Of a DNA stretch of 64,000 nucleotides, positions 44,058 to 53,850 are shown in pieces; position 1 is the stretch's first letter, and each line of letters starts with the position of its first letter. The DNA comes from Clostridiales bacterium. GTDB taxonomy: Bacteria; Bacillota; Clostridia; Christensenellales; Borkfalkiaceae. The position numbers and the translations under genes were made by a program. The notes beneath the pieces are model-generated. The model had not been told where the DNA came from, made no database searches, and worked only from the letters and a program-made list of their open reading frames with translations. The stretch is from positions 12,320 to 76,319 of the forward strand of contig SVIL01000001.1 in NCBI GenBank assembly GCA_015069505.1, read 5' to 3'.

Positions 44058-45728
44058 ATGTTTCCAACCGAAGCCATTAGTTTTGCACAATTATTTGAAA
44101 AAAGTTGGTTGATAGTTTTGATTATTAGCCTTGGTAATTCAGTGATACTGTATTTTTCGTCACTGAAATTTTTGCTTGTGCTTCAACAAAGTGGGTATAG
44201 GGGCAAACGTTATTTTAACTGGCTTTCTAATCGGGATACGCCCTACCTAAGTAGGCTTATGTTACTTTGCTTACTCGCTTTGTTATTCTTTTGCGTTTTG
44301 GCAATGTGCTTTTCGTCGGTTGTGGGTAACGCCGTCGGGTCCTTCGTAGGGTTTGCGTCTTATATTTTGTTTGCGATTGCGTATATAAATACCGAGTCCC
44401 ACGTCAATGCCAAAATACCGCTTAAAAAGACAAGAAGACTGGTTAGACTTGCGATAACTTATTTGCTGGTCTTAATCGCCCTAACCTTTGGGCTTTTAAC
44501 TTTGTTAAACTATTTGGCGTTTATTATCGGGGATGAAGTGGTTGCACTTTTAAGGTTTTCGGTCATATGTTTAATGCCTCTTTTAACCCCGTACGTGTTG
44601 TATTTATCAAGCCTAATTAACGAGCCGTTAGAGTTTTTTGTAAGACGGCACTATATCCGTAGGGCAAAGAACAAGTTAGACAATACCGACGTTATAAGGA
44701 TAGGCGTTACGGGCAGTTACGGAAAGACCACCGTTAAAGAAATTTTGAAGACCCTTTTATCGCAAAAGTATAGGGTTTTGGCAACGCCCGAATCGTACAA
44801 CACCCCGCTTGGCGTTTCGCTAACTGCAAAAAACCTTGACGGCACGCACGATATATTCATTTGCGAAATGGGTGCCAGAAGTTCGGGGGACATAAAAGAA
44901 CTTACGCTTATGGTCAAACCGCAGTACGGGGTTTTGACGGGCGTAAACGCACAGCACCTTGAATCGTTTAGGACTATTGAGAACGTAAGGGATACTAAGT
45001 ACGAACTCTTTAAGTTTATGGGAAAGGGTGGAAAAGGTTTTTTTAGTTCGGATAATAAAATTTCTACCGAGTTAAAAGAGTGGTTTTCGGGCGAGGAAAG
45101 TTATCTTGCAGGTGTATCGGGCGGAATAGTTACCGCAACGGACATAGAAATTAACTCACAAGGTTCGTCTTTTACATTAAACGTTGAAGGGGAAGAACCC
45201 GTAAAATGTAATACGGTGCTACTCGGCAAGCACACAATAAGCAATATTTGTCTTGCGGCGGCGGTTGCGTATAAGATAGGTCTTAGCCCGATAGAGATTG
45301 CAAACGGCATAAATAGGCTTAGGTCAATTGGGCATAGGTTGGAACTTTTACCGAATAATAAGAATATAGTAATTATCGACGATAGTTACAACGCTAATAT
45401 TGACGGCGTAAAATCGGCGATGGAAGTTTTGGATCTTTTTGAGGGTAGAAAAATCGTTTTAACCCCGGGGCTTGTTGAACTTGGCAAGGACGAAAACGTA
45501 GCGAATTTTGAGTTCGGTAAAATCCTTTCAGCCCACGCGGATAAGGTAATAATTATCGGTAGGCACAACGCATTAATGCTTATTAACGGGCTTATTGAAG
45601 GTGGTTTTGACAGGTCGAACATAGTATTCGTAAAGAGTCTTAAAAAGGGGAACGAGGCACTTAACCAAATGCTTTGCGAAGGGGACGTAGTGCTTTTTGA
45701 AAACGACCTTCCCGATAACTACAATTAA
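44058..45728 (+). CDS. murF: MurF-type Mur ligase (UDP-MurNAc-tripeptide--D-Ala-D-Ala ligase-like) with a 215-aa polytopic N-terminal membrane domain
   Basis: The P-loop is GVTGSYGKTTVKE, and CEMGA and DDSYNANIDG are also present. ddl lies immediately downstream. The N-terminus has at least 5 hydrophobic helices. Confidence 0.75.
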   Translation: MFPTEAISFAQLFEKSWLIVLIISLGNSVILYFSSLKFLLVLQQSGYRGKRYFNWLSNRDTPYLSRLMLLCLLALLFFCVLAMCFSSVVGNAVGSFVGFASYILFAIAYINTESHVNAKIPLKKTRRLVRLAITYLLVLIALTFGLLTLLNYLAFIIGDEVVALLRFSVICLMPLLTPYVLYLSSLINEPLEFFVRRHYIRRAKNKLDNTDVIRIGVTGSYGKTTVKEILKTLLSQKYRVLATPESYNTPLGVSLTAKNLDGTHDIFICEMGARSSGDIKELTLMVKPQYGVLTGVNAQHLESFRTIENVRDTKYELFKFMGKGGKGFFSSDNKISTELKEWFSGEESYLAGVSGGIVTATDIEINSQGSSFTLNVEGEEPVKCNTVLLGKHTISNICLAAAVAYKIGLSPIEIANGINRLRSIGHRLELLPNNKNIVIIDDSYNANIDGVKSAMEVLDLFEGRKIVLTPGLVELGKDENVANFEFGKILSAHADKVIIIGRHNALMLINGLIEGGFDRSNIVFVKSLKKGNEALNQMLCEGDVVLFENDLPDNYN

Positions 45729-45778
45729 AGATAAAAAATTAAAACACCAAAGCAAAAAAATTGCGGAGGTGTTTTTTT

Positions 45779-46885
45779 ATGAAGAACGTAGGCGTGTTTT
45801 TCGGTGGCAGGGGCGTAGAGCGTGAAGTTTCAGTTTTAACGGGGGTTATGACCCTTAATTCCATAGACCGTGAAAAGTTTAATCCCGTGCCTATCTATAT
45901 CGACGGGCGGGGAAGGTTTTTTACGGGCGATAGTTTGTTAGATATTGATTTTTATAAAAAGTTTGACCCTAAAAAACTTAAAGCGGTAACTTTTTTAAGT
46001 GGCGACAATACTTTATATACCGTAAAAAAGAATAAGTTAAAGCCACTTTTATCCGTTGCGGTTTTTATAAATTGTGTTCACGGCGAGGGCGGTGAGGACG
46101 GCACGCTTGAATATTTTAGGGCATTTTGCGGTGTTCCTTTTGCCTCTCCATCCATAATTCCGCTTGCGGTCGCTATGGATAAAGGGATAACAAAGACCTT
46201 TCTTTTAGGGCTTGGCGTACCCGTAGTTTACGGGCAATCGGTTTGCGACGGCGGTGTGGCGAGAGAAGTGGCGAAAAGAATAGGCTACCCCGTAATAGTA
46301 AAGCCTGATAAACTCGGTTCAAGCATAGGGATAAGTGTAGCGAAAAACGATACGGAACTTGATTTGGCGGTAGGTGTGGGGCTTAGGTACGGACGCAGCG
46401 TTTTAATCGAAAGGTTTTTGGAAAACGCAGTAGAAATCAACTGTGCCGTGTATGAGAGTAGCGAGGGAGTGCTTAAAGTCAGTCCTTGTGAAAGACCTAT
46501 TAAAAGCAACGAACTTTTAAGTTTTGAGGATAAATATACTTCGGGGGAAAGGGAATTCCCTGCGAATATCCATAAAAAGATAGCCGATAAAATTAAAAAG
46601 ATATCGGCGGCGGTTTATACCGCACTTAAATTTGAGGGGATAATACGGATAGATTATATTTTGGACGGCGAAACGGTTTATCTTAACGAGATAAATTCGG
46701 TACCCGGGTCGCTTGCGTATTACCTGTTTTGCGACACGCTTCAAGAATTTTCCTCGGTTTTGACCGACCTGATTAGAAAAGCCGAGCAAAATTTTGCGGT
46801 TGAAAGTACGTTTGTGAAAGATTTTGGCAGTTCAATACTTACGGGACTTGGAACAAAAGGGTCAAAACGCTTGTCGAAAAAATAA
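45779..46885 (+). CDS. ddl: D-alanine--D-alanine ligase
   Basis: MKNVGVFFGGRGVEREVS, HGEGGEDGTL and IRIDYILDG...YLNEINSVPGS match Ddl. ATG 45779 follows GGAGGTG. Confidence 0.9.
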   Translation: MKNVGVFFGGRGVEREVSVLTGVMTLNSIDREKFNPVPIYIDGRGRFFTGDSLLDIDFYKKFDPKKLKAVTFLSGDNTLYTVKKNKLKPLLSVAVFINCVHGEGGEDGTLEYFRAFCGVPFASPSIIPLAVAMDKGITKTFLLGLGVPVVYGQSVCDGGVAREVAKRIGYPVIVKPDKLGSSIGISVAKNDTELDLAVGVGLRYGRSVLIERFLENAVEINCAVYESSEGVLKVSPCERPIKSNELLSFEDKYTSGEREFPANIHKKIADKIKKISAAVYTALKFEGIIRIDYILDGETVYLNEINSVPGSLAYYLFCDTLQEFSSVLTDLIRKAEQNFAVESTFVKDFGSSILTGLGTKGSKRLSKK

Positions 46886-46930
46886 TAATATGGTAAAATA
46901 CTTTCGGATTAGATTATAGGAGATACTCTT

Positions 46931-48130
46931 ATGGAAAAGATTAAAATGGTTACCCCCATAGTTGAAATGGATGGGGACGAAATGACGAGAATCCTTTGGA
47001 AATGGATTAAAGAGATTTTAATAGAACCCTTCGTTGACCTTAAAACGGAATATTACGATTTGGGGCTTCCTGAAAGGGATAAGACGGACGATAAGGTTAC
47101 AACCGACAGTGCAAAGGCAACCTTAAAGTACGGCGTTGCAGTTAAGTGTGCAACCATCACCCCAAACAAGCAAAGGGTGGAAGAATACAACCTTAAAAAG
47201 ATGTATAAAAGCCCTAACGGTACTATAAGGGCTATACTTGACGGAACGGTTTTTAGGGCACCGATTTTGGTTGACGGTATTACCCCGTATATCCCCACTT
47301 GGAAAAAGCCTATCGTAATCGCACGTCACGCCTACGGCGATATTTATAAGGCAGTTGACGGGCTGGCTGGAAATGGCAAAGTGGAACTTCACTTTACCGA
47401 TAGAAACGGCAACCCCGCAGTTATCCCCGTTCACGATTTTGACGGTGACGGCGTGGTTATGGCTATGCACAACACCGATAAATCCATAAAGAGTTTTGCA
47501 CGTTCGTGCTTTAACTATGCGTTAGACCTTAAAATGCCACTTTGGTTTTCCACAAAGGACACCATAAGCAAGGTTTACGACGGCAACTTTAAGGCTATCT
47601 TTAACGAAGTTTACGAAACGGAATACAAGGATAAGTTTGAAAGTGCGGGCATAGAATATATGTACACCCTTATCGACGACGTAGTTGCAAGAATCGTTCG
47701 TAGCGAGGGTGGAATAGTTTGGGCTTGTAAGAACTACGACGGCGACGTTATGAGTGATATGGTCGCAACCGCTTACGGCAGTTTGGCGATGATGACCAGC
47801 GTTTTGGTTTCCCCAGACGGCATTTACGAATACGAAGCCGCACACGGCACCGTTACACGCCACTACTATAAATATATCAAGGGCGAAGAAACTTCAACTA
47901 ACCCCGTGGCAACCATTTTTGCTTGGTCGGGTGCGTTAAGAAAGCGTGGCGAATTAGATAATACCCCGGACCTTATCGACTTTGCAGACAGGTTGGAAAA
48001 GGCGACTGTTTCGACTATTGAAAGCGGTTTGATGACGGGCGACTTAGTAGGGCTGTTCAAAAAGGAAGGCGTTACACCTAAAAAACTTAACAGTCAGGAC
48101 TTCTTAAAAGCAATCGCTTCAAGAATTTAA
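46931..48130 (+). CDS. icd: NADP-dependent isocitrate dehydrogenase (eukaryote-like, homodimeric type)
   Basis: [22 protein letters not shown] and NYDGDVMSD are present. Confidence 0.92.
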   Translation: MEKIKMVTPIVEMDGDEMTRILWKWIKEILIEPFVDLKTEYYDLGLPERDKTDDKVTTDSAKATLKYGVAVKCATITPNKQRVEEYNLKKMYKSPNGTIRAILDGTVFRAPILVDGITPYIPTWKKPIVIARHAYGDIYKAVDGLAGNGKVELHFTDRNGNPAVIPVHDFDGDGVVMAMHNTDKSIKSFARSCFNYALDLKMPLWFSTKDTISKVYDGNFKAIFNEVYETEYKDKFESAGIEYMYTLIDDVVARIVRSEGGIVWACKNYDGDVMSDMVATAYGSLAMMTSVLVSPDGIYEYEAAHGTVTRHYYKYIKGEETSTNPVATIFAWSGALRKRGELDNTPDLIDFADRLEKATVSTIESGLMTGDLVGLFKKEGVTPKKLNSQDFLKAIASRI

Positions 48131-48144
48131 TAATCAAAACAACC

Positions 48145-48177
48145 AAAACCCCCGTGCAACTTTGCACGGGGGTTTTG
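48145..48177. terminator. Bidirectional terminator between icd and mntP
   Basis: AAAACCCCCGTGCA / TGCACGGGGGTTTT is a 14-bp perfect stem. Confidence 0.8.
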
Positions 48178-48193
48178 TTATGTTTAAAAATTT

Positions 48194-48772
48194 TTAGATA
48201 ATCGCTTCGATAAGCGTTTTTACGGCGATGGCGATAAGTATTAACGCACCGAAGATTTCGGCGTAGTCGCCGAGAAGTTTGCCAAGATATTTACCGCAGA
48301 AAAGTGCTATCGTCACAAGGACGAAAGTTATTGCGGCGATTATCAAGATTGCAAAGTATATTGAAAAGGTCAGTTGCATCGCAAAAGCAAAACCTATCAA
48401 AAAGGCGTCGATACTCGTTGCGACCGCTTGGATAATCAAAAGGGCGTAAGAGAATTTTGGCGGGGTGGTCGGCTTATCCTTTTCTTTACCGTACCTATCC
48501 TTGATTATATCCACGATGATTTTTATGGCAAGCAAAAAGAATATACCCGCAGTTAAATAACCTGAAACGTTATCCAAAAAGCCACAAAAAAGTGACCCCA
48601 AGTAATAGCCCAAGAGGGGCATTACGCCTTGAAAGATTGCAAAGGCGATAGGCATCGACCATTCGTTTTTTTTATTTAGTGTGTTTTTGTAAGTGGCACA
48701 GTTTGCTATGGTTAAAGCCATTGCGTCAATGGACAATGCCACGCCGATAAGTATTACGTCTAAAATTTTCAT
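48194..48772 (-). CDS. mntP: Manganese efflux pump MntP
   Basis: MKILDVILIGVALSIDAMALTIANC is the N-terminus, with a second SIDAFLIGF half. It has 6 TM segments and is 192 aa. Confidence 0.85.
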   Translation of the reverse strand: MKILDVILIGVALSIDAMALTIANCATYKNTLNKKNEWSMPIAFAIFQGVMPLLGYYLGSLFCGFLDNVSGYLTAGIFFLLAIKIIVDIIKDRYGKEKDKPTTPPKFSYALLIIQAVATSIDAFLIGFAFAMQLTFSIYFAILIIAAITFVLVTIALFCGKYLGKLLGDYAEIFGALILIAIAVKTLIEAII

Positions 48773-48840
48773 AAAAAACCTTTAAGGTAGTATATAAAAT
48801 TATATTGATTTTGTCAACGCAAATATGATAAAATAAAAAT

Positions 48841-49509
48841 ATGATAAAAATTAGTGAAGAATGGGACGAAATCTTAAAGGATGAATTTTCTTCCCCCGAA
48901 TACTTAAAATTAAGAGAATTTTTGAAAGAAGAGTATTCCACGAAAACTATATATCCGTCTATGTACGATATATTTAACAGTATGAAGTTGACTTCTTTTA
49001 AGGACGTGAAGGTCGTGCTTTTGGGACAGGACCCATACCACAACCAAGGTCAAGCGATGGGGTTATCTTTTTCGGTGCCGAACGGCGTTCAAATTCCACC
49101 GTCTTTGCAAAACATCTACAAGGAAATCGGCAAAGAGTTAGGTATTGCTACGCCGAATAGCGGGGATTTAACGGGCTGGGCAAAACAGGGCGTACTGCTC
49201 TTAAACGCCGTACTGACCGTTAGGGAACACCAAGCCAACTCTCACAAAGGCAAGGGTTGGGAATTTTTTACCGATGCGATTATAAAGAAGATTTCCGACC
49301 AAAAAGAGGGCGTGGTATTCTTGTTGTGGGGCGGAAACGCAAGAAGCAAAAGAACGCTTATAGATAGGTCAAAACATCTTGTTTTAGAGTGTGCACACCC
49401 AAGCCCCCTATCCGCATACAACGGGTTTTTCGGGTGTGGGCATTTTATAAAAACCAACGAATATCTTATTAAAAACGGCGTTACGCCGATTGAGTGGGGT
49501 GCGTTATGA
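48841..49509 (+). CDS. ung: Uracil-DNA glycosylase
   Basis: VVLLGQDPYH, LLLNAVLTV and CAHPSPLS are present. Confidence 0.93.
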   Translation: MIKISEEWDEILKDEFSSPEYLKLREFLKEEYSTKTIYPSMYDIFNSMKLTSFKDVKVVLLGQDPYHNQGQAMGLSFSVPNGVQIPPSLQNIYKEIGKELGIATPNSGDLTGWAKQGVLLLNAVLTVREHQANSHKGKGWEFFTDAIIKKISDQKEGVVFLLWGGNARSKRTLIDRSKHLVLECAHPSPLSAYNGFFGCGHFIKTNEYLIKNGVTPIEWGAL

Positions 49510-50714
49510 AATACGTAGTTATACTTGGCGACGGTATGGCAGATTATCGCCAAGAAATTCTTAATAATAAAACGCCGTTAGAAGTGGCAAAAAAACCTAA
49601 TATCGACCGCATCGCGAAGATGTCCGAAGTCGGGCTTGTCCGTACCGTCCCCGAAGGGATGAAACCGGGTAGCGACGTGGCAAACCTTTCGGTTATGGGT
49701 TACGACCCCAAAGAGTGTTACACGGGTAGGTCGCCCTTAGAAGCGGCATCAATAGGCATTGAACTTTTAGATACCGACGTAACGGCAAGGGCAAATTTAG
49801 TCACGCTTTCCGACGAGCCCGTATATGCGGACAAGACTATGATAGATTACAGTGCGGGCGAAATCTCAACTGCGGAAGCCAAAGTCTTAATCGACTATCT
49901 TGCAAAAGAGTTGTCTAACGAAGTTTATTCTCTTTATGCGGGAATAAGTTATCGCCATTGTTTGGTTATCGACAAGGGCAGGGTTGCGGGGGATTTAACC
50001 CCACCCCACGATATTACGGGCAAGCCGATTAAGGATTACTTGCCAAGGAGTGAACTTGGCAAAAACTATCTTGCACTTATGGAAAGGTCACACGAACTTT
50101 TGAAAGACCACCCCGTCAATATCGAACGGATAAAAAATGGCAAACGCCCCGCAAATTCGCTTTGGTTTTGGGGTGAAGGTACTAAACCCGCTTTGCAAAA
50201 GTTTAAGGATAAATTTTTTCTTAACGGTGGGATTATATCCGCAGTAGATTTGTTAAAGGGCATAGGCAAGTTAGCGGATATGCAGGTTATTGAAGTCGAG
50301 GGTGCAACGGGTAATTACGACACCAACTTTTCGGGCAAAGCCAAGGCTTGCATAGACGCGTTAAAGGGTGGGCTTGACTACGTTTATTTGCATATGGAAG
50401 CCCCTGACGAGTGCGGACACCATGGCGACTTAAAAAACAAAATCTATTCCATAGAGAGAATTGACGAGGACGTGGTTAAACCTATATTTGAATATTTAGA
50501 TCACTCTGGCGAGCCGTTTGCAATGCTTATTTGCCCCGACCATCCAACTCCTATTGCGACGATGACGCATTGTGCTGACCCCGTGCCGTACGTTCTTTAT
50601 AAAAGTGATATAAAAGTGACGGGCGTGGATAGTTATTCCGAAAGAAACGCCGAAAGCACGGGCGTGTTCGTCCAAAGCGGTGTGGAACTTTCTAAACGGT
50701 TTTTTAATAAATAG
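49506..50714 (+). CDS. apgM: Cofactor-independent phosphoglycerate mutase, archaeal-type (ApgM family)
   Basis: MKYVVILGDGMADY is the N-terminus, with HMEAPDECGHHGD also present. The start overlaps the ung stop (ATGA). Confidence 0.85.
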   Translation: MKYVVILGDGMADYRQEILNNKTPLEVAKKPNIDRIAKMSEVGLVRTVPEGMKPGSDVANLSVMGYDPKECYTGRSPLEAASIGIELLDTDVTARANLVTLSDEPVYADKTMIDYSAGEISTAEAKVLIDYLAKELSNEVYSLYAGISYRHCLVIDKGRVAGDLTPPHDITGKPIKDYLPRSELGKNYLALMERSHELLKDHPVNIERIKNGKRPANSLWFWGEGTKPALQKFKDKFFLNGGIISAVDLLKGIGKLADMQVIEVEGATGNYDTNFSGKAKACIDALKGGLDYVYLHMEAPDECGHHGDLKNKIYSIERIDEDVVKPIFEYLDHSGEPFAMLICPDHPTPIATMTHCADPVPYVLYKSDIKVTGVDSYSERNAESTGVFVQSGVELSKRFFNK

Positions 50715-50813
50715 GCAACGAGATAAAAACTTAAAAAACTATAAGACCAAAGGGTTTTATAGTTTTTTATTTTTTCGATAAATTTCCGCAAAAAATTTTA
50801 AGTTTAAGTTGTA

Positions 50814-50840
50814 ATATTCGGGGCTTATCTAACATAAGTT
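50814..50840 (+). promoter_or_regulatory. Possible sigma-E-type promoter of spoIVFA-spoIVFB
   Basis: ATATT (50814-50818), 14-nt spacer, CATAAGTT (50833-50840), compared with the consensus kmATATT-N14-CATACAnT. Confidence 0.3.
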
Positions 50841-50870
50841 ATTGTAAGCATAAGGATAAGGAGAATTTTT

Positions 50871-51704
50871 ATGAACGAAAAACTTCAATACGCAAGGATG
50901 CTTGAAATCCCCGTGAACACTTGTAACGTTACCTATAAGCCCATAAAAAAACGTGTCAAAAAACAGAAGAATAAGGTGGACGACGAGAAGGTTAAAGCCG
51001 AACTTTTGGATAAGATAAATTCTATGGAAGACTCGTCTTCGTCAGGGCCTACCCCGACTGAAACAAGTGAAGGTGGCGAAATTTTATCGTCGGTAACAAC
51101 GACGGGTAACCCCGTTCAAGGCGAGGCGGGTAGCGAAGAAGTTAAACCGCAAATCGAGACTATAACGACGAGTATAAAAAGCGTTACGAAGGCTAAACCC
51201 GTACGCAAAAAGTTTGGGGTGATTGCCGTTCAACTGACAGTTGTAGGCGTGCTTCTTGCCACTATTTTTATAACCAACGCACTGTTTGAGAACAGCGGTA
51301 TAAACGCATTTATGAAAAGCGTGTTTTCTACGGGCAAGGTAGAAGAGGTTTTAGACTTTGACGATTTTGCACCTGTTATAAACGCTAACGGTGGACTAAC
51401 CCTTGCGGACGGCGTGATTAGTTTGGACGGGGAAGGCAGTATGTATTCCCCTTGTGACGGAACCGTTCAAAGCGTGGCGAAGTTAGAAGACGACACCTAC
51501 GAACTCACTATACTTCACAGCGAAAATTTTAAGAGTGTGATAAGTGGTCTTACGCACGTTTACGTCGGCGAGGGGGACGTGGTAAAATCAAAGATACCCG
51601 TCGGGTATTTTTACGAGGATACGGCGAGTATTTGTTTTATGAACGGCGACGTGCTTTTGACAGATTTCGTGATAGATAATAATTCCGTTATATGGGCGGT
51701 TTAA
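50871..51704 (+). CDS. spoIVFA: SpoIVFA-like protein (TM plus a degenerate LytM/M23 domain)
   Basis: It lies directly upstream of, and overlapping, spoIVFB. It has a TM segment (VIAVQLTVVGVLLATIFI). The C-terminal SPCDGTV...ILHSENFKSVISGLTHVYVGEGDVV is M23-like without an intact metal site. Confidence 0.55.
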   Translation: MNEKLQYARMLEIPVNTCNVTYKPIKKRVKKQKNKVDDEKVKAELLDKINSMEDSSSSGPTPTETSEGGEILSSVTTTGNPVQGEAGSEEVKPQIETITTSIKSVTKAKPVRKKFGVIAVQLTVVGVLLATIFITNALFENSGINAFMKSVFSTGKVEEVLDFDDFAPVINANGGLTLADGVISLDGEGSMYSPCDGTVQSVAKLEDDTYELTILHSENFKSVISGLTHVYVGEGDVVKSKIPVGYFYEDTASICFMNGDVLLTDFVIDNNSVIWAV

Positions 51705-52528
51705 GGCTAAAAATTCATCCGTTATTTTATCTTTTCGGGCTATATTACGCCCTTACGGGTAGGGTGTTCGTGTTCGTGGTATATACGCTTTGTGCGGTTG
51801 TACACGAGATAGGTCATTCTATTGCCGCAGGTAACTTGGGTTATGCGTTGAAGCGTATAACCCTTATGCCGTTTGGGGCGGTAATAACGGGGGACATTGA
51901 AAATTTAAGACCCGTGGACGAGATAAAAGTAGCCGTAATGGGTCCGCTTGTAAATCTTATAACTGCTTTTTTGTTTATCGCCTTGTGGTGGGTTTTTCCC
52001 GAACTCTACGCCTTTACGGATATAGTCGTGGAAGCGTCGCTATCCCTTGCGATAATAAACTTTCTGCCCGTTTTCCCGCTTGACGGGGGACGGATATTGA
52101 AAGGTGCGTTGAGGTCAAGACTTAAAAGAAAGACGGCGGACAATATTTGCAAGGGGATAGGCGTGGCTATGGCGGTGCTTTTTTTGGGGCTATTCGTGTT
52201 TTCTTGTTTTAACAAAATCAACTTATCTCTACTTTTCTTTTGCTTATTCATAATCTTTTCGGTTTTTAATAGGGATAAGGAAAATTCGTACGCCAAAATT
52301 TATTCGTCGTTATCGACGGATAGGCTGAAACGTGGGGCGGAAATTAAAAGGATAGCGGTGGATAAGTCGGTCACGCTTAAAAAACTTTTGACAATGCTTT
52401 CGCCCGATGCCGTGAACGAAGTCGTGGTGTATTCTAACGGCGTGCAAAAAGCCGTGATTACGCAAGAAAGATTGTCTTTTATGTTAGAACGGGGCGAAAT
52501 CTATAAAAAAATTGAGAGTTACTTATAA
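51692..52528 (+). CDS. spoIVFB: Site-2 (M50) intramembrane metalloprotease SpoIVFB
   Basis: HEIGHSIAA is the HExxH motif, NFLPVFPLDGGRIL is also present, and the C-terminus is CBS-like. Confidence 0.8.
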   Translation: MGGLRLKIHPLFYLFGLYYALTGRVFVFVVYTLCAVVHEIGHSIAAGNLGYALKRITLMPFGAVITGDIENLRPVDEIKVAVMGPLVNLITAFLFIALWWVFPELYAFTDIVVEASLSLAIINFLPVFPLDGGRILKGALRSRLKRKTADNICKGIGVAMAVLFLGLFVFSCFNKINLSLLFFCLFIIFSVFNRDKENSYAKIYSSLSTDRLKRGAEIKRIAVDKSVTLKKLLTMLSPDAVNEVVVYSNGVQKAVITQERLSFMLERGEIYKKIESYL

Positions 52529-52650
52529 AAAAGATTACGGCACCTCGCACAAGATGTTGTGGGTATATCTTAAATTAAGTCAAGATGTCGCATTATGCGT
52601 AAAAACGGGCAAAAAATATACCAAAAAACTTTAAAAGTGGTTAAAAAACC

Positions 52651-52679
52651 TTGACATAATCATATATTAATGTTAAAAT
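52651..52679 (+). promoter_or_regulatory. Sigma-A promoter of rpmG-secE-nusG
   Basis: TTGACA (52651-52656), 17-nt spacer, TAAAAT (52674-52679). Confidence 0.55.
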
Positions 52680-52735
52680 AACAAAGCACTTCGAGATTCG
52701 GGGTGTTAATTTTTTGATGTTCGGAAGGTGTAATT

Positions 52736-52900
52736 ATGGCCGCTAAAGGAGCAAGAAACAAGATAACTTTGGCTTGTACTGAATGTAAACAAAGAAACTA
52801 CGACACTTTTAAAAACAAAAAGAACGATCCCGAAAGGATTGAAATGCAAAAGTATTGCAAGTTCTGTAAAAAACACACCACGCACAAAGAAGCGAAATAG
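52736..52900 (+). CDS. rpmG: 50S ribosomal protein L33
   Basis: It is below the ORF-track size cut-off. My translation is [54 protein letters not shown], with a GGAAGGTG ribosome-binding site. Confidence 0.92.
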   Translation: MAAKGARNKITLACTECKQRNYDTFKNKKNDPERIEMQKYCKFCKKHTTHKEAK

Positions 52901-52966
52901 TTTTTTTATTCCGCTTTGTGTTTCGTGGCGTTTTGATTACGAAAAAAGTGTTATAGGGGTAGTATA

Positions 52967-53236
52967 ATGAGTGAAAAGGATTTCGTCAAACAAGACGAAA
53001 AACAACAAAAAGTTGTTAAAAAAGCAAAAAAGGATAAGAAACCTGGATTCTTTGCTAAATTAGGTGGCAAGATCAAGGATATTTTTTCTGAACTTAAAAA
53101 GGTCAGTTGGCCAAGTTTTGCCAAGGTCGTTAAACAGACGGGTATCGTTTTGGTAGTGGTACTTATTTTCCTTATCGTAATCACGGCGTTTGACTTCGGT
53201 TTACTTGAACTTTTGAAGTTAGTTTCGCCTAAATAG
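52967..53236 (+). CDS. secE: Preprotein translocase subunit SecE
   Basis: The Lys-rich N-terminus is followed by ELKKVSWPSF...TGIVLVVVLIFLIVITAFD. It lies between rpmG and nusG. Confidence 0.88.
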   Translation: MSEKDFVKQDEKQQKVVKKAKKDKKPGFFAKLGGKIKDIFSELKKVSWPSFAKVVKQTGIVLVVVLIFLIVITAFDFGLLELLKLVSPK

Positions 53237-53245
53237 GAGTGTAGT

Positions 53246-53785
53246 ATGGCAGAAGAACAAGCAAGATGGTACGTTATCCATACTTATTCCGGTTACGAAG
53301 CAATGGTAAAGGATAGTTTGGAAAAACTTATCGAAAACAACAATTTGCAAGATATGATCTTTGAGATTCAAATTCCTACCGAGGAAACTCTCGAAGAAAA
53401 AGCCAACGGTAAAAAGAAGTTGGTTACGAGAAAAAAATTCCCTTGCTATGCGTTTATTAAAATGAAATACTCTAACGATATTTGGTACCTCGTTACGAAT
53501 ACGAGGGGTGTAACCGGATTCGTTGGTCCGCAAGGCAGACCGCTTCCGCTCACGAAGGAAGAAGTTTTAAGAAACGGTCTTGAAAAGACGGTTGATGAAA
53601 TTGACTTTAAGGTGGGCGACGACGTTCAACTTATCGGTGGTGCTTTGGAATCTTATTGCGGTAAGGTATTGACCCTTAACGAAGCCGCTCAAAAGGCTAT
53701 GGTTAGAGTTGAGATGTTCGGAAGAAGCACGGACGTAGAAGTTGATTTTATTCATATCAAGAAGGTCAACATAGTAAGCGAATAA
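53246..53785 (+). CDS. nusG: Transcription termination/antitermination factor NusG
   Basis: RWYVIHTYSGYE, FPCYAFIKM, and the KOW region GDDVQLIGGALESYCGKV are present. Confidence 0.95.
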   Translation: MAEEQARWYVIHTYSGYEAMVKDSLEKLIENNNLQDMIFEIQIPTEETLEEKANGKKKLVTRKKFPCYAFIKMKYSNDIWYLVTNTRGVTGFVGPQGRPLPLTKEEVLRNGLEKTVDEIDFKVGDDVQLIGGALESYCGKVLTLNEAAQKAMVRVEMFGRSTDVEVDFIHIKKVNIVSE

Positions 53786-53820
53786 AACTAAAACGATATA
53801 TAATAAATATATAAGGCTAT

Positions 53821-53841
53821 AAAAACGGACAAACCGTTTTT
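53821..53841 (+). terminator. Weak hairpin terminator/attenuator after nusG
   Basis: AAAACGG-ACAAA-CCGTTTTT. Confidence 0.45.
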
Positions 53842-53850
53842 GTGTATAGA

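Noticed and set aside
48773-48840. I looked for a yybP-ykoY manganese riboswitch upstream of mntP.
   Set aside because: Only 68 bp are available, and they are filled by promoter elements. No conserved yybP-ykoY helices were seen.
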